DNA from: Selaginella moellendorffii
Taxonomy: Eukaryota > Plantae > Lycopodiophyta
NCBI RefSeq assembly: GCF_000143415.4
Contig: NW_003314263.1
Coordinates: 994,165-1,058,164, forward strand
Direction: 5' to 3'
Length of the DNA stretch: 64,000 nt
Positions 1-13,200 of this stretch are shown here, piece after piece (position 1 is the stretch's first letter; each line of letters begins with the position of its first letter). Position numbers and translations under genes: made by a program. Below the pieces are notes generated by a model. That model did no database searches and was not told the DNA's origin. It saw nothing but the letters and a program-made list of their open reading frames with translations.

Positions 1-787
1 GCAATCACTGTGAAGTGATCAAACCAATAGTACATATTATCCCCAAGATTCCCACAAAAGAACTCTGGCCGAATGCAAGGATTAGCATCAAGAGCAAGAG
101 GAGTTATACCACGTGTTGTGAATGCCATTATCAACTGAGTTTGGTTGTTTAATTGCAAGCACATAGCATCAAGCAATTGTACCAACTACTAGTCCAAAGT
201 CAAAGGAGAAGGAAACTGCTACTTTGCCATGAAGATGAATGAAAAAAAAAGAGTTAAAGAAGAAAAATGAAAAAAAATTAGAAGGAAAGGGAGATTTAGA
301 TAATGCAAATGCTAAATTTAAACTAAAATCCTAGAAAGAACAAAAGAAAGGAAATGGAAAAAGCTATATCTAGATGTAAATTTAAACTAAAATTCCAAAT
401 CTAAGCACTCTTTAAAGACAATCTAAAGTGCCCCTCATCTCCACCAATGTGAATGCATAGAATATGGAAAGGGAATATAGAAAATATGTATATCAATTAG
501 CCCAAAAATTCTAATTTATATACAAGAGCGAGTGGTCCGAATTGAAACCAATCTAACAGCTACCAAAATCCCATTACACTAATATTAGTATATGGCATCA
601 TAGCTGTACACTTGGACCTCACAATAGAAAATAAAATTTAAGATGATTTCTTAATAGAATATTTATTGTTGATATATTTAATATTATCAAATTTTATCTT
701 TTCAATTTGATAGATATATCTGAAATGAAAAATACATTAGATTTAATCTCATTTTATAAGTAGCACTTCTAAAAAAACTTTAGTGGG

Positions 788-801
788 TTTAGGGTTTAGG
801 G
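788..801 (+). repeat. two plant telomere-type repeats (TTTAGGG)2
   Basis: tttagggtttaggg read directly. Confidence 0.6.
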
Positions 802-1961
802 TATCTCTTTAATAGCTAAATAATAACTTTGCCAAAGTATACAACAACTTTGCCAAGCTTCTAGTGTCATAGCTCCTAAGCTAAAATTGAGCAAGCTTTA
901 GTGCTATGGTTGTAAGAGCTACGGCCAGGTTATGGCTGCTATGCCATGATTAGGCTCAATGTTGTGAATGCGATTGCAGGTATTAAAAATTACTTGTCAT
1001 TAAGTACTTTTAAATGTTCTTTTTTTACTATCATGATAGCAAGAGGTCAGTATTTCTAGATCCTTTATCAGTCTCCACTCAACCTAATTGAGAAATTGGT
1101 CATTACATGTGCATTTGGCTAAAAGAGTATAAAAATGAAATTTCTAAATGCTATTAGTCAAACATATTTGATCTAGTTAAAGAAATTCATTAATTGATTT
1201 GCACTTGCTAGTGTTAGGACCTTTGTGATATTAAGTTTGATCCCTCAATACTTGCTAAATGATAACTTATTATATTTGCCAAAACACCCTTGCTATCATA
1301 CCTTATTTGTTTGGTCTTATTGGTTATTTATGAAAATCTCTAGATTTGCTAATTAGAGTGTAGAGATTGTCCTAAATATGTTAGGCTTATAGTACCCATA
1401 TCTTCATATTAGGCCACTGATATGTTTAAATAATACTAGATTTTATTTGGCTCTATTTTGCATACTAATCTTGATATTTGGATGTTGGATGCTCTAAATT
1501 GTTCTAATGTCATTCCATACTCTTGTCCCTTCATTCTTTGAGCTGAATGCTCAAAAGTTATTCTATACTTTGGTTGTTTCACTCTTTGGCTATATGCTTA
1601 AAAATTTAGCTTCATTCTTTCGTTTAGTGGCACAAAGCCTTGAAATTTAGATTCCCTTGCATTACCCTTGGATATGTGGCCAAGGGTTTACATTCCACAC
1701 TATCCACCATAGATACCATAAAGCTATTAGGGAAGAACCCTTATGAGATTGTGCTAGATTAACATTCCATCTAACAACTTACCAACTTACCAATGCAATT
1801 GAAAACCTCACCTTTTTTAACTAGTATGTATTGTAAGAGGATCCACAATATATTTATTAGAATTGGCATCTCAATTGAGTTTAGTAGTATGTTTTCTTTC
1901 TCATTGCCTCTTAATTGTAGAAGCCACCACCATCACCAAGATTGCCACCACTAAGCCTACT

Positions 1962-2903
1962 TGTAAGCCACAAATTTTTCCTTTCCAATTTGCTAATTTA
2001 CCTCGTTTATCCGACTAATATTGCCTTGGCTTTTAGCTAAGTTCCTTCGCCAACGTTCTCACTTATTGTACTAACTCCTACTTGATCCTACTTGGTTTCA
2101 ACTACTCACTGCATGAGCAATGGAGCATTAACCATCCATCCACGGATTCCCAAATTTCTCCCAATCCTTCTCCCCGGGTTAGACTGGACTTAAAGTTTGG
2201 CTACACTCCCCGCAGGCACAAGCAGCCAAGCACACCAAGCCTCTTCCCTTTCGGGAGTGGGAGCTACTCTTGAGCACTTTCTTGGGTGGCCCCTCCGGCA
2301 CCACTTGAGTCCATGCTCACTCCCACTCAAGGCCCCTCAGTCCTAGTTTCAACCTCAAGTCAATTTGGAAGCACCACTAGAGAATTCCTTCAAGACTGGT
2401 TCCTAGACCTCACTATCTCTACTATACTTTTGGAACCCCCTGCAGCCCCCCCCCCCAGGAGACACATGCTTTGGGGTTTCACCCCTTGACCTGTATTAGT
2501 ACTCAGACTCGGTCTCGGACTCGATCTCGGACCCGACTTTAGACTTAGTCCTAGACTCGATTTCAAACTTGACCTCATACCCAATCTCAGACTCAACCTC
2601 GGACTCGGTCTTGGACCCGATCTCGGATCTCGGACTCTATCTCGAACTCGGTCTCAAACTCAGTCTCGGAGTCGGCCTCGGACTCGATCCCGGACTCTAT
2701 CTCGAATTCGGTATCAAACTCGGTCTCGAACTCGGTCTTAGAGTCGGCCTCAGACTCGATCCCAGACTCTATCTCGAACTCGGTATTAGAGTCGATCTTG
2801 GACTCGATCTGGGACTCGGTCCCATTTGATAAATTCTTTATCATTTCTATCGTGCTTTCGGGGATCCTTTAGCCTAAACACCTTGGGAAGTTAGTTCCTT
2901 ACA
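1962..2903 (-). mobile_element. solo LTR of the chromovirus family at 21405-29107, with an internal deletion
   Basis: TGTAAG...TTACA ends; aligns with the LTR at 27965-29107; flanks ctact/ctatt form a near-perfect 5-bp TSD. Confidence 0.85.
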
Positions 2904-2997
2904 CTATTCCAATTCTCTGCAATATTATGATTTCTTGAGGATTAAAGATACAATGAAGTGGTTTTAAACTATAACTATAAATAATGGTAGTAAATAA

Positions 2998-3021
2998 AAG
3001 CTCTATTTCGTTAAAGTGGGA
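2998..3021 (+). repeat. left TIR of the Sola-like element
   Basis: aagctctatttcgttaaagtggga, exact reverse complement of 16285-16308. Confidence 0.9.
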
Positions 3022-3657
3022 TTTATTCAGTAAAATGGGACTAGGTACAAATTTTCAAGTATTTGAAAATGACGTGAAATTATATGTTTTTTGTCCAGGG
3101 GCTAGACATATCTGGGGCATGGTGACTAGCGCGGTGACTTTGTGTCCAGACTGAGTCCATCTGGTTGTATAATAAATCTCATTGTCAAGGTGAACAAGCC
3201 GAATCTGAAGCTAAAGAAGAGCGATGGCATGCACGCACACACTATTTGTTTGTTCATTGAGCGTGTGGTGAGCTTTCCAAGATGAACGTCATTCCTATTA
3301 GCCAGACATATAACTTAATGGTGAGAACATTTAGATATTATTCAATGTTATCTTTTTCTAACGAATCTAATTGTGAAGGTGTAGCAAGAGGCATTGCTAG
3401 TCTGGAGAAGTCATTTAACTCATTTGACCCTTAGTGTATTTTCATGAAACTAAATAACATTCATATTATTAAGGAATTTCTCTAGTACCTTTTTTTTACG
3501 ACATAGAGGCTTGCATTTCTTTCAAAGGTGATTTAGTAAAAGGCCTGAGGGCACATGCCATTCTATTTCTTAGACCGGTATTAAGATATACTAGTGCAAA
3601 GGGAAAAAGGTATTTGGTGATCAAGTAAATGGCATGAGGGCACACGCCATTATAAGC

Positions 3658-3930
3658 CTAAGCGCTAGTGGACACCTCCTTTTTGGTACTCTCAGCGGTA
3701 CTATCATCCTTCTCCAGGTTAGTTGTTTTGCTTTGGATTGTTGTCTCTGACATTACTGGGGCGTTCTCGATAGTTGTTAATGTTGCCGTTTGTTCAGAAA
3801 AATGATCACCTGGAGTATAGTACGGGGAGTTTGGAAGACTTATATATTCTACATCTTCACCTATCTCCTTCTCCGTCTCCTTTTCTGCCTCACTTACAGA
3901 TTTTGTGCTTGCCATGAGAACGCTCTTCAC
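3658..3930 (-). CDS. small 'SPYYTPG' protein of unknown function (likely start at the ATG of MASTKS)
   Basis: homologous to the ORF at 43337-43582: SLPxSPYYTPG, NAPVxSETTIQSK, DSTAEST. Confidence 0.65.
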   Translation of the reverse strand: MKSVLMASTKSVSEAEKETEKEIGEDVEYISLPNSPYYTPGDHFSEQTATLTTIENAPVMSETTIQSKTTNLEKDDSTAESTKKEVSTSA

Positions 3931-4628
3931 CCTAAAATATGGAGTTCGTTATGTTATAAAAGGAAACCAACACACACGCTGCAAGGGAATGATGGTACAT
4001 AAAGCACGTAAGCCCACAATATGGGTTTATGTGCCATTAATATGGGCCACACGCCATATTATTAGATTTATGCACGTGTGATTGGTAAATGCATATGTCA
4101 CATCATCTTTGTTTTACCTCACACACTATATCAGGCCTAATGAACCATATCACATGTGCGCACATGCTATATATATAGAGAAGTTTTATGCAAGGATAGA
4201 AAAATTCAATGCATGATTGTGGAGAGCAATGGCATGAAGCCACATGCTAAATAACATTTTAGAGAAAGAATTAAAATAGAAACATGCAAACAGTACTGAG
4301 TGGACCAAGACTTAGAAGTGCACAATTGAATGAGGTATTTCTAATAAATATTTCACTCACCTCATATAGGAATGGCTACCACTCTCAAATGGCGTATCGC
4401 CTTATGCCATCACCTCGCAATTTGTTATAACAATCCGATGAATTCATATTCGGCTTGTTCACCTTGAACTTTAAGTAAGATTTGCTAGAACAACTAAGAA
4501 TTTATACTTGTTATTTGTATCATCTCACCTAGGAATGGCATAAGGCCATATGCCATCACGCCTCCTCTGATTCAGATTCAGATTGTTCACCTTGAAATAA
4601 AATACATTAGAAACTTAGTAAAGGAATA

Positions 4629-7600
4629 TTAATGAATCTCACCTTGAACCCGGGTTATGAATACTCTTGCTGCATCTCTTGTATGGTCTGGCAAGGTGAT
4701 GGTGGCACTCTGCTTCCGCATCCAACCATGCACAACATTATCCACCAATATGCTCATGCTGGGATCCCTTGGATTCAGCACCCATCTCTTTTCTAGGCAA
4801 TCCTTCGTATATCCGGAACTTGGCTTGAACCACTCCACAGTTACATTGAAGGAGTTAGTTTCTGCGTCCTCCTCTGCATCAGTTATGCAACGCCCCACCC
4901 ATATCATTTGTTTTTTATTACTGGGTCTGACAAGCACGACCATTCCTTTGCAGACCTGTACTGGATTGAATGCTGAATCCGGCTTCTTGTTCCTCGGCCC
5001 ACAATAGTGATCCTCAACATCGTTATCTGTCACTGCATTTCCAGAGGACATTGTTCTGCTACTATCTGGTGCTCTGGGTTCTGGCCAAAAGGACTCTTCC
5101 AATTCTTCATATACAACCGGCCCATTTTGGATAGCAGATATAATCTTCTCCCAGTATTCGAGCAAAGGCTTGCACCTCTTAAAATAGGATTCTCCACCAA
5201 ACACCAACCCCCTCTTCCAGAAGGCAATATGCTGTCTAATCCCGGCCACTATACTTTCCTGGTCTTTGAGTCCATCCGGGTGCATCAGCCGTGGGGAACC
5301 CTGAGGAATCATAGGTTCCCCAGTTATGGGATCTCTCTTGAAGAGTTCAATGCCATCCACTAGCAGCCACACTGTGTCCCATTCTCTCATCTTGTACCTC
5401 ATCACTGGAGCACCGTCACGCATGCTGAAATGAAACTGAAGAGGCTTGGAGTGGCCAATCAGCGTTTCGGATCCGTCCCTGATGTAGCCTCTTACAAACC
5501 CCTTAAATTCTGGAACCTCTGTCACAAGTGCAGCTTCAACAGTGCCTTTGATGCAATTTTGGAATTCATCGTAGAGTTGTGGGAGGGTGAGGACATTGGA
5601 TCGCCGGAGGGACTCTGCCAGGTGACTGAACATGGCATCGACGTCTTCATGAGTGTGCCCAACCATGAGAAAGCCAAGTGTAACCGTTTCAAATATGCCT
5701 TTGGCAACAAGCATCGCCAAGTACGCGAAGACGTACATGTTTTTGTTCTCACTGCCAGCATTGTCTGTTTGGAGCAGAAGATGGGGTGGAAGGCCACATC
5801 GGCCGCAAGAACTTCCTTGAGATTCTGCTTTGTTTGGATGAGGCTGTGCATTCACCGGGCGACCAGCCTCGTCGGAATGGCATGAGGCCTCACGTGATAA
5901 CCCTACAATCTGANNNNNNNNNNNNNNNNNNNNNNNNNNNNNNNNNNNNNNNNNNNNNNNNNNNNNNNNNNNNNNNNNNNNNNNNNNNNNNNNNNNNNNN
6001 NNNNNNNNNNNNNNNNNNNNNNNNNNNNNNNNNNNNNNNNNNNNNNNNNNNNNNNNNNNNNNNNNNNNNNNNNNNNNNNNNNNNNNNNNNNNNNNNNNNN
6101 NNNNNNNNNNNNNNNNNNNNNNNNNNNNNNNNNNNNNNNNNNNNNNNNNNNNATGCCTATGAGCGATTATGCCAAACAGAGACACAGGCAGCTGCATGGA
6201 TGAAGAGATTGCCTTGGGGGCAGGATTGAGTCGAGGTAAGCACGTCTTTTTCTGGTCCATTTTGTCGTGGATGATGCAGAGGTAAGAGTTAGGTCTCTCC
6301 ATGGAGAGAATCCTGTTATGATAATATGCAGTCCTGCAACTTCTGTGCTCGATGTTGTGGTCGAGCCGCCTTCTAACCAACGTCTCTCGCTCTTGAGCGC
6401 TGCAAGAATTCTTCGACAAAGCCATTTTGATAGCAGTGCACTCGTCACACTTTGAAAAGCTGGAGTACTTTCCTATACTCACATCCCTGAACCTGTTGCT
6501 CCACAATCTACTAAATCTAGATTGGCTCAGCTTCCTGTAGCCATTACTCTAGAGTTCCCGATTCACATCTTCCAATATGGCCCCCTTGGTATACATGGAA
6601 GGGAGAACTCGTTGGGTGTCTCGTGTTCAATCTTCCAAGAGGCGGGTTTTATGTGGTTGCTGCTCGCTACATGTCTCGACAAACCTCTTGAAGATTGCCT
6701 CTCCATATACAACATGACCCCTGGTTTTGTGCGTACCGTCGTTCCCATGGACTGCCTGTTGAACCCTTTGTTCCTCGAACTCAGTTTTGATTCTGTAGAA
6801 TGTGCTTCGAGGGACTCCATAAATGATTCTCCATGCCTTCATGCAGACCAAACCCCTCTGGAAGACTATGCCCCCCACCTGATGTTCTGAAGTATCAACA
6901 GATGACCGTAATGCCTCATACACAAAATTGCGAGCTGCCTTCCAGGACAATGTCTTGTATCTTGCTCTCTCCTCTTCAATAGCATCCCAATCAGCATGTT
7001 GACAGTACCTCCTCTTGCAACAAGCAACTGTCGAGACCATTCGAACCTCCATCGCCATTTTCTGCCTTTTCGGTTCGTTGCTCAGATCCCTTTGGCTGCG
7101 CTGTAGGAAGGTGTACTTTCTTTTCCCATGAAGAGATGTTCTGTCATCAGTTGTAGTGGTGTTTGATTGTGAATCCTTCACATTCTCAAACACTAAATGC
7201 CTCAATTTCCACCGCACAATGCTTCCAATAGTTAGACTGTTTTCTTCTGTGTCAACAACCTCTAAAATCGCAACTCCAATATCATCCCAGCCCAATTCTT
7301 GATTAGCAACCGCATCTCTTGGATCGACAACTGTGGCTAAGCCCTCAGCTACCACCTCCCCCTTGGGGTTGTTTAGAAACACCTTTGCCTGAATCCATGT
7401 AGCACGGTTCTTAAGATCCACGGAGGGAACATGTGTCGCACTTGCGCTGTCCCCAACATCTGCTTTCTTCTGAAGATTTTTCAAGGCAACAACAACATTT
7501 ACCCCAACGACCATCTCTCCTCGTTCAATAGTGACCACATTCCCATCGAAAACAGTCTCTACTGATACAACAGCATTGCCTTCCCCAAGCCTTTGACAGT

Positions 7601-7697
7601 GTATAACAAAGTTCCGATCCATAGACACAAGGGTCCCTTTTGCAACTCTCTTCCCACCATTCAAAATGTAAACCTTTTCCCCAACCCTGAAGGCCAT
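4629..7697 (-). pseudogene. Sola1-like (DUF7869-type) transposase, ~1020 aa, with one nonsense codon at 6627-6629
   Basis: CDEC...H motif; HDKMDQ, QTDNAGSENKN and FLMVGHTHEDVDAMFS catalytic motifs; ORFs 6627-7697 and 4629-6506 are in frame; copy 2 has GGA where this copy has TGA. Confidence 0.85.
5914..6152. other. assembly gap (239 N)
   Basis: N run; the equivalent stretch in copy 2 (16427-16665) is also 239 nt. Confidence 0.95.
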
Positions 7698-8059
7698 TCT
7701 GAAAGTGCAGAAAAGAAGTTAAGACCATACAAAAAATGATTGGAGAATGGCCTAAATCATAATATACCAAACAACCTCAATAGCATGAGGCCACATGCCA
7801 TTATTCAAACATGCTATTGACACCCACGTGAAATTTCGCATTCACAAAATTGGCATGAGGCCTCATGTCATCTTGATATACACACAGCTGCAGGCAAGTA
7901 AAAACATACATGACAATACGCTAGCCATGAAATTGCAAGGGCCCAAGATGGCATGTGGCCTCATGCCATTTCTAAATGTGGTCCTAAGCCATTCCATGGT
8001 GAACATACCAGGAAGCACAAGTGCCGAATATCAAGAGGAAGCGGTAGCCACACCAAAGA

Positions 8060-8195
8060 TAGTGCAGCTCGCAACACCGCAACTACTTGTAGCACCGCTC
8101 GCAACACCGCAACTGCTCGTAGCGCCGCTCGCACAAACTGCCACTCGCATAAACTGCCGCTCGCAATGGCGCTCGCAATGCCGCAACCGCTCGTA
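8060..8195 (+). repeat. CG-rich ~30-bp tandem repeat upstream of the transposase
   Basis: gctcgcaacaccgcaactgctcgtagcgcc units; also present at ~18335-18450. Confidence 0.7.
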
Positions 8196-8992
8196 GACGC
8201 ATAAACCACAGCTCACAACGCCGCTTACACAAGCAGCGCTCACTGCGCTCAGCGGAACCAAGAACACAGCATACAAAAATGATAGACCTAGGAATGAGTT
8301 CGAGAATTCAAAAATAACACACGCTTGAACGTCACATCAAATACTCTGACAAACCAGATCTTATGATTCCTCTGACAAATTTCAAACTGAGTAGCTTCTA
8401 GACTTTGCTGTCGGAGGTTGAACTTTGTCACATCATGTCCTTGCCTTGATCCAGCTGTGCCATGTCAGTGATTCGAACTTTGCCATGCCATGTCAGCGAT
8501 CCGCGCCAAGATTATTCACCGTGTAAAGGAATAATTATGCTGTGTATGTACGTCCATTTATGGCAATATAAGGCCACACGCCATTCAAAGAATAATGCTA
8601 GTCAAGCATTTTTTGGTGCATTTTTGGGTTCAAAATTGCATGAGCCCACACGCTATAAAGTTTACCTGTACCAAAAATAGAAACAGCTTTATTTACTTGG
8701 GAATTTAAGTGGTTGAGGCATTTTTAAACTTACAAACACATGCCCTACTTACATTCCTTTGGTTGCTTAAAATTCAAAAATATTATAAACCTTTCTTTTT
8801 GCATTTTCAATGTTTTCAATTATGGTTTTTGATTTTCGCAGGACCAGCCTAGTAATCTATTTGCATCCCGTCATGTTTATAGCTAGCTTTCGTTTGTCCC
8901 CTTCGTTGGCCTGAGATACATCTGCTCAGAATCTGCCTCTTACAGCATTTGCCCAGAAAGGGCATCTTTCTTCACGCAACATTTGCCACATG

Positions 8993-9024
8993 TTTAGGGT
9001 TAGGGTTTAGGGTTTAGGGTTTAG
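8993..9024 (+). promoter_or_regulatory. telomere-repeat/telobox tract between the divergent genes
   Basis: TTTAGGG TTAGGG TTTAGGG TTTAGGG TTTAG; copy 2 equivalent at 19246-19271. Confidence 0.7.
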
Positions 9025-10243
9025 CAATTCAGTAGTTTGATAAACATGCAAATACAGAACTTGATGCAAAATCCTTTGATATGTCACAATGCCCCTAGGA
9101 CCATAAACACATTTCAATAGAGAGGGTCCTTTCATTTCATAACTCCTTACGTAGATCTTGGTGAAACCAGAGTTAGTGAAGTTGGTTTCTTGTGATCCCG
9201 CATCTGATTGTGATGTCCCTTTGCAGTGTCGATGGAAAGGTCAATGCACACCAAACTGTAGAATCTTGGAGCAAAATAACGGTCGGATCTATGGCAAATG
9301 CCCCTGAAACATTGTAAGGCTCGTGTGGTCTCATGTGGTGTCCGATCGAGATGCTTCTTTGCAGGGTCATCAAGAAGGACATTGTATACCATTCTGTAAA
9401 ATTTAGTTGCGATCTAACGGTTGGATCTCCAGGAAACTCAAAACAATCTCGCGCGTGTCAGAATATTCTAGGAATATACTCCTATGTGCTCCTGAAAATG
9501 GCATGCGGCCCCACGCCATTCAAGAGATAACGCCAGATGACGCCGAGCATTTTTTGGTGCATTTTTTGGGATCAAAATTGCATGAGCCCACACGCTTGAA
9601 CGTCACATCAAATCCTCTGACAATTTATTTAGCTGAACATCTGGCATTTTTGGAAATACAAGATGCTTTGGAATATCCAATCATGCATGGTATAAATATA
9701 GCGAGGGTATTAAATGATATCCCAATCATGATCTTTCTTTTGGATTTCGCGTGCATGCAGTCCGAGGAATGATGACGTTGCGGATTTCTTTTGGATTTCA
9801 CGCATGCGCGCGCCGATCCAGAAATTAATGGTGGCGCCCAAGTCCGAGGAATGATGACGTGGCGGGATTACCAACCGTCGTGACATTTTGCGCGTGTGAG
9901 GTTAGGTTTTGCATTTTGCTTCGTACTCGCGCTCGCACACTCGCGCTCCCACTTCTCTACAGGTTTCTCGTGTGCATCGGCGTCCACTCGCGCTTGCATC
10001 ACACTCGCGCTCACATCGTGCTCGTGTGCATCGGCGTCCACTTCAAGACACACCTAGTTTGTAACTTCACCGCCAACTCCGCCGCCCACTCCGCCACCCA
10101 CACGCAGCCCACTTGGCGTCCCGGGAGATTTCAGCACCACTCTCCAACTGTAAGTGGCAGAGTAGCCTTGCTGCTACGATCCGCTGCACACACAGTGCAC
10201 ATTCGCCAGCGAGTCCGGTTGTCACGCCTCCATTCGGCTTCAA

Positions 10244-13200
10244 ATGGTAAGTCTTTTAGGCCAAGTAGAAAATGGCATGAGGCCACATGCCATTCAGTAG
10301 CAACATTGGCATGCACCGATTGGGCTCTCGAGTGCAGTCCGGTTACAGATGGCGTGTAGCCTCACGCCATCTTAGGATGCAGCCTCAAGACATCTGATGC
10401 AGTGGTGAATGGCGTGTGGCCTCACGTTATTTCCAGCTACTAGCTTTTCATCTGTCAGCTCTAATTGTTGTGCATTTCTGAACAGGCGAGGAATTGCGTT
10501 CTTCTTCCAGTCACTGTCAATGTGGATGCAGAGAAGGGGGAGGAGCTCACCAGTTGGACTTTCGAGATGGAAGGCGAGGATCTGAGGCTGTACAACACAG
10601 ATGGTGGGAGAAAAGAATGCATGGGGATCTTCATCCAAGTGACAGACACTCCATGCAGTTCCATGCAAGAATATGGATTGGCACTTGTGGTAGAGACAGC
10701 GTCTGCCTTCAAGATCCACCTTGCACATCCTAGCGGCTTCCCGGAGGGGGGCAGCGGCTATGAGGAATTCCTAGAGGGAGCTAGGGAGAGGTTGTCCAGG
10801 AGGCCCACAATTTCAAAGACACTGCGGGTCTATGAAGATCACATGGAATCCACGGACCTCACCTACGGCGATGTTCAAAAACTATATTCCAACATTGAGC
10901 CGTTGAGAGTGACTCCAGTTCGCGAAGCAAAGGGGAAGGGGGTCGATCTGGAAACTACCTCGAAGCAGAAAAGGGTGGTCAAGCTCAAGCCGATGTCTGA
11001 CTCTCCTGCTCCAAAAAAGAAGCTACTCAGTGATGCCATTGCCTCGGGTTCAAACACTACACCCACCAAAAAGAAGAGCCGCAAAGAGCAGAAAGAGCAA
11101 GAAGAGGCAGCAAAAATCGTCGCAGATAATAGTACTTGTTACTATTCCAACAAAGTATATACAATCGACGTGAGCCGTATCGACATCCAAAGCAAATACA
11201 ACCACAGGCTAGTATCTGATGAGTGGGTGGAGAAACTGAAGCAGAAGATGCTGGCAAGTCCAGTAACACCCGACATCGCAGACGTGATCCCCTACTACCG
11301 AACAATGAAGGGCGAGACGAGGTTTCCAGACTTGATCAATAGGAAGGTATTGGACGATCAGAACATCCGGTTCTATGCCGTCTCCGGGCAGCATTCTAGC
11401 TTGGCGATGCAAGAGATAGTTGTGGATATTATGGTGGGCGAGGAGGTGTAAAAAGTCTTCAAGACAAGAGTTGTCCGCCTGATAAAAGGCAACTCGCCCC
11501 TCCGATCTATCATATACATCTCCCACGCGCAGAATGTCAAGCAAGAAACGTGCTACAAATCGGGTCTGCACGAGACATTGGCACGAACACGGAAGCTCTG
11601 GGTTCAACTGAAGAAGCCACAAAAACCAGGACAAGGACGTGCACTAGCAACTAGCGCCTGGCAGGTAAGCCTCGTTGCATGTGGCATAGCATGTGGCCTC
11701 ACGCCATTTCCATTGCAGGAATTCTCGAGTCTTCTCTCGAAAACACTGGGGGTCAATGACACACTCAGCATCCATAACATTCTACTCGCGACAAAAGTTG
11801 TTTTTGACAAATGGGTAGATGTGCTGAGGAGGTACCATGACGGGGAGTTGCCAAACTCAATGGGTGTGGAGGACGGCCGGAAGCCCAATGATTTGAAGCT
11901 CAACGCCTTGCGTTTCTCGCGGTCTCTAGACGACGATGACCTTCTGACAGTGGCTAATGCTCTTCTACGTGGTGAGGTAGTCTTCAACAAGACCAAAATG
12001 ACTCCCGGCCATATTGTGACATACAAGGACTTGTGCACGACTCTGAGAGCTCGTGCGCTATTGGAGGATTGGATCTTCGAGCAAGTGGCCGTGGAGAGGG
12101 TGAGCATCGACACCACGCAAGAGATGATGGAAGCGCTGGAGTTGTCAAATGAAGACATCGACAAGTACGTGAAGGGGGCCCCCAAGTTCATCGATCTGCT
12201 GCGGGATGCCACGAAAAGTAAAGCTGAGAAGTTGGATCAGTATCCAAATTTCATTAAAATTGATGTCGACCGCCGGCTTCAGAAACAGCTCGACCCCGCA
12301 GCAGAGGCCTATCGAGAACCTTACCGGGTATACTTGAATTCAGATGAGGATCAAAGGTGGAGGAGCATCGTTTCCCGCGGAGATGAGCAGGTCAAGAACA
12401 TCTTTTGTGTGATGGACTTCACAAACGAGGAGATCACTCATGCAGACGAAGTCAGCTCCATCATTGACTTAATGGTAGGACTTGCGAAGGTGGAATCTTC
12501 AGTCCACTATATGATCTACGACTCCGAATCCTATCACAAGTTCTGGAAGGCTTTGAACGAGGTGAAGGCTCGGTTGAAAGGCAAGGAGATGCGGGAGATC
12601 CATGGGATAATGGCTAAGAAGAAGATACCGACGAATGTCCGCATCTTCACACTCGCCCTTGTTATTGGTCCTGTAGCAGAGTGGGACTGGAGTGACTTCC
12701 CAGCTTCGTTCGACAAGGCTAATCGAATTGATCTGAGGGAGGTCAATTTACCCGTGCCTGAGGAACTAAAGACGGCTATGGAGCTTTCGAATCCAAAGAA
12801 AGCTCCAGGTGCAGCATGGGAAATGCTTAGCTGGGTCTTCAACGCAATAGCGGGTGGGTCACCTACTTCCGACTCCAAGGGCAAATGCGTTGTCGAGTAC
12901 AACTGCGGCGGACTATTCTTTCGAGCCGCACTACTCAAGGGTGTCCCGTGTGTTGCGGTGACAAACTCCATTGAAGAGGTGACTTCAATGGAGCATATAA
13001 TTACAGTTGCCAAAGAAAAACAGTATCTTCTCTGCGAACCTGGTGAGTACACACTTTAAGTTTAAATGTTATCTCACAAGCTCTGTATGCAGGAGCATGG
13101 CCACCCCCAGATGCTGAAACGGCGTTAACAGCTATTGTTGAAGATACCCATGTTGGGCCGAGCTCACAACCTGCACAAGGTAAGGTCACGTGAGGCCTCA

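Noticed and set aside
1-1960. Possible decayed retroelement coding sequence
   Set aside because: No ORF or diagnostic motif can be read with confidence.
2390-2844. ORFs with ESEIES/LGLELG repeats (also near 22062-22497, 28676-29142, 30003-30379, 33382-33630, 38698-38964)
   Set aside because: Translations of the LTR hexamer array, open in several frames.
8993-9024. Chromosome end or healed break
   Set aside because: Only 4-5 units, internal, and present at the same position in both element copies.
7795-10359. Short overlapping ORFs between the Sola genes (and 18065-20416)
   Set aside because: They arise from CG-rich tandem repeats; lengths and frames differ between the two copies; no domain motifs.
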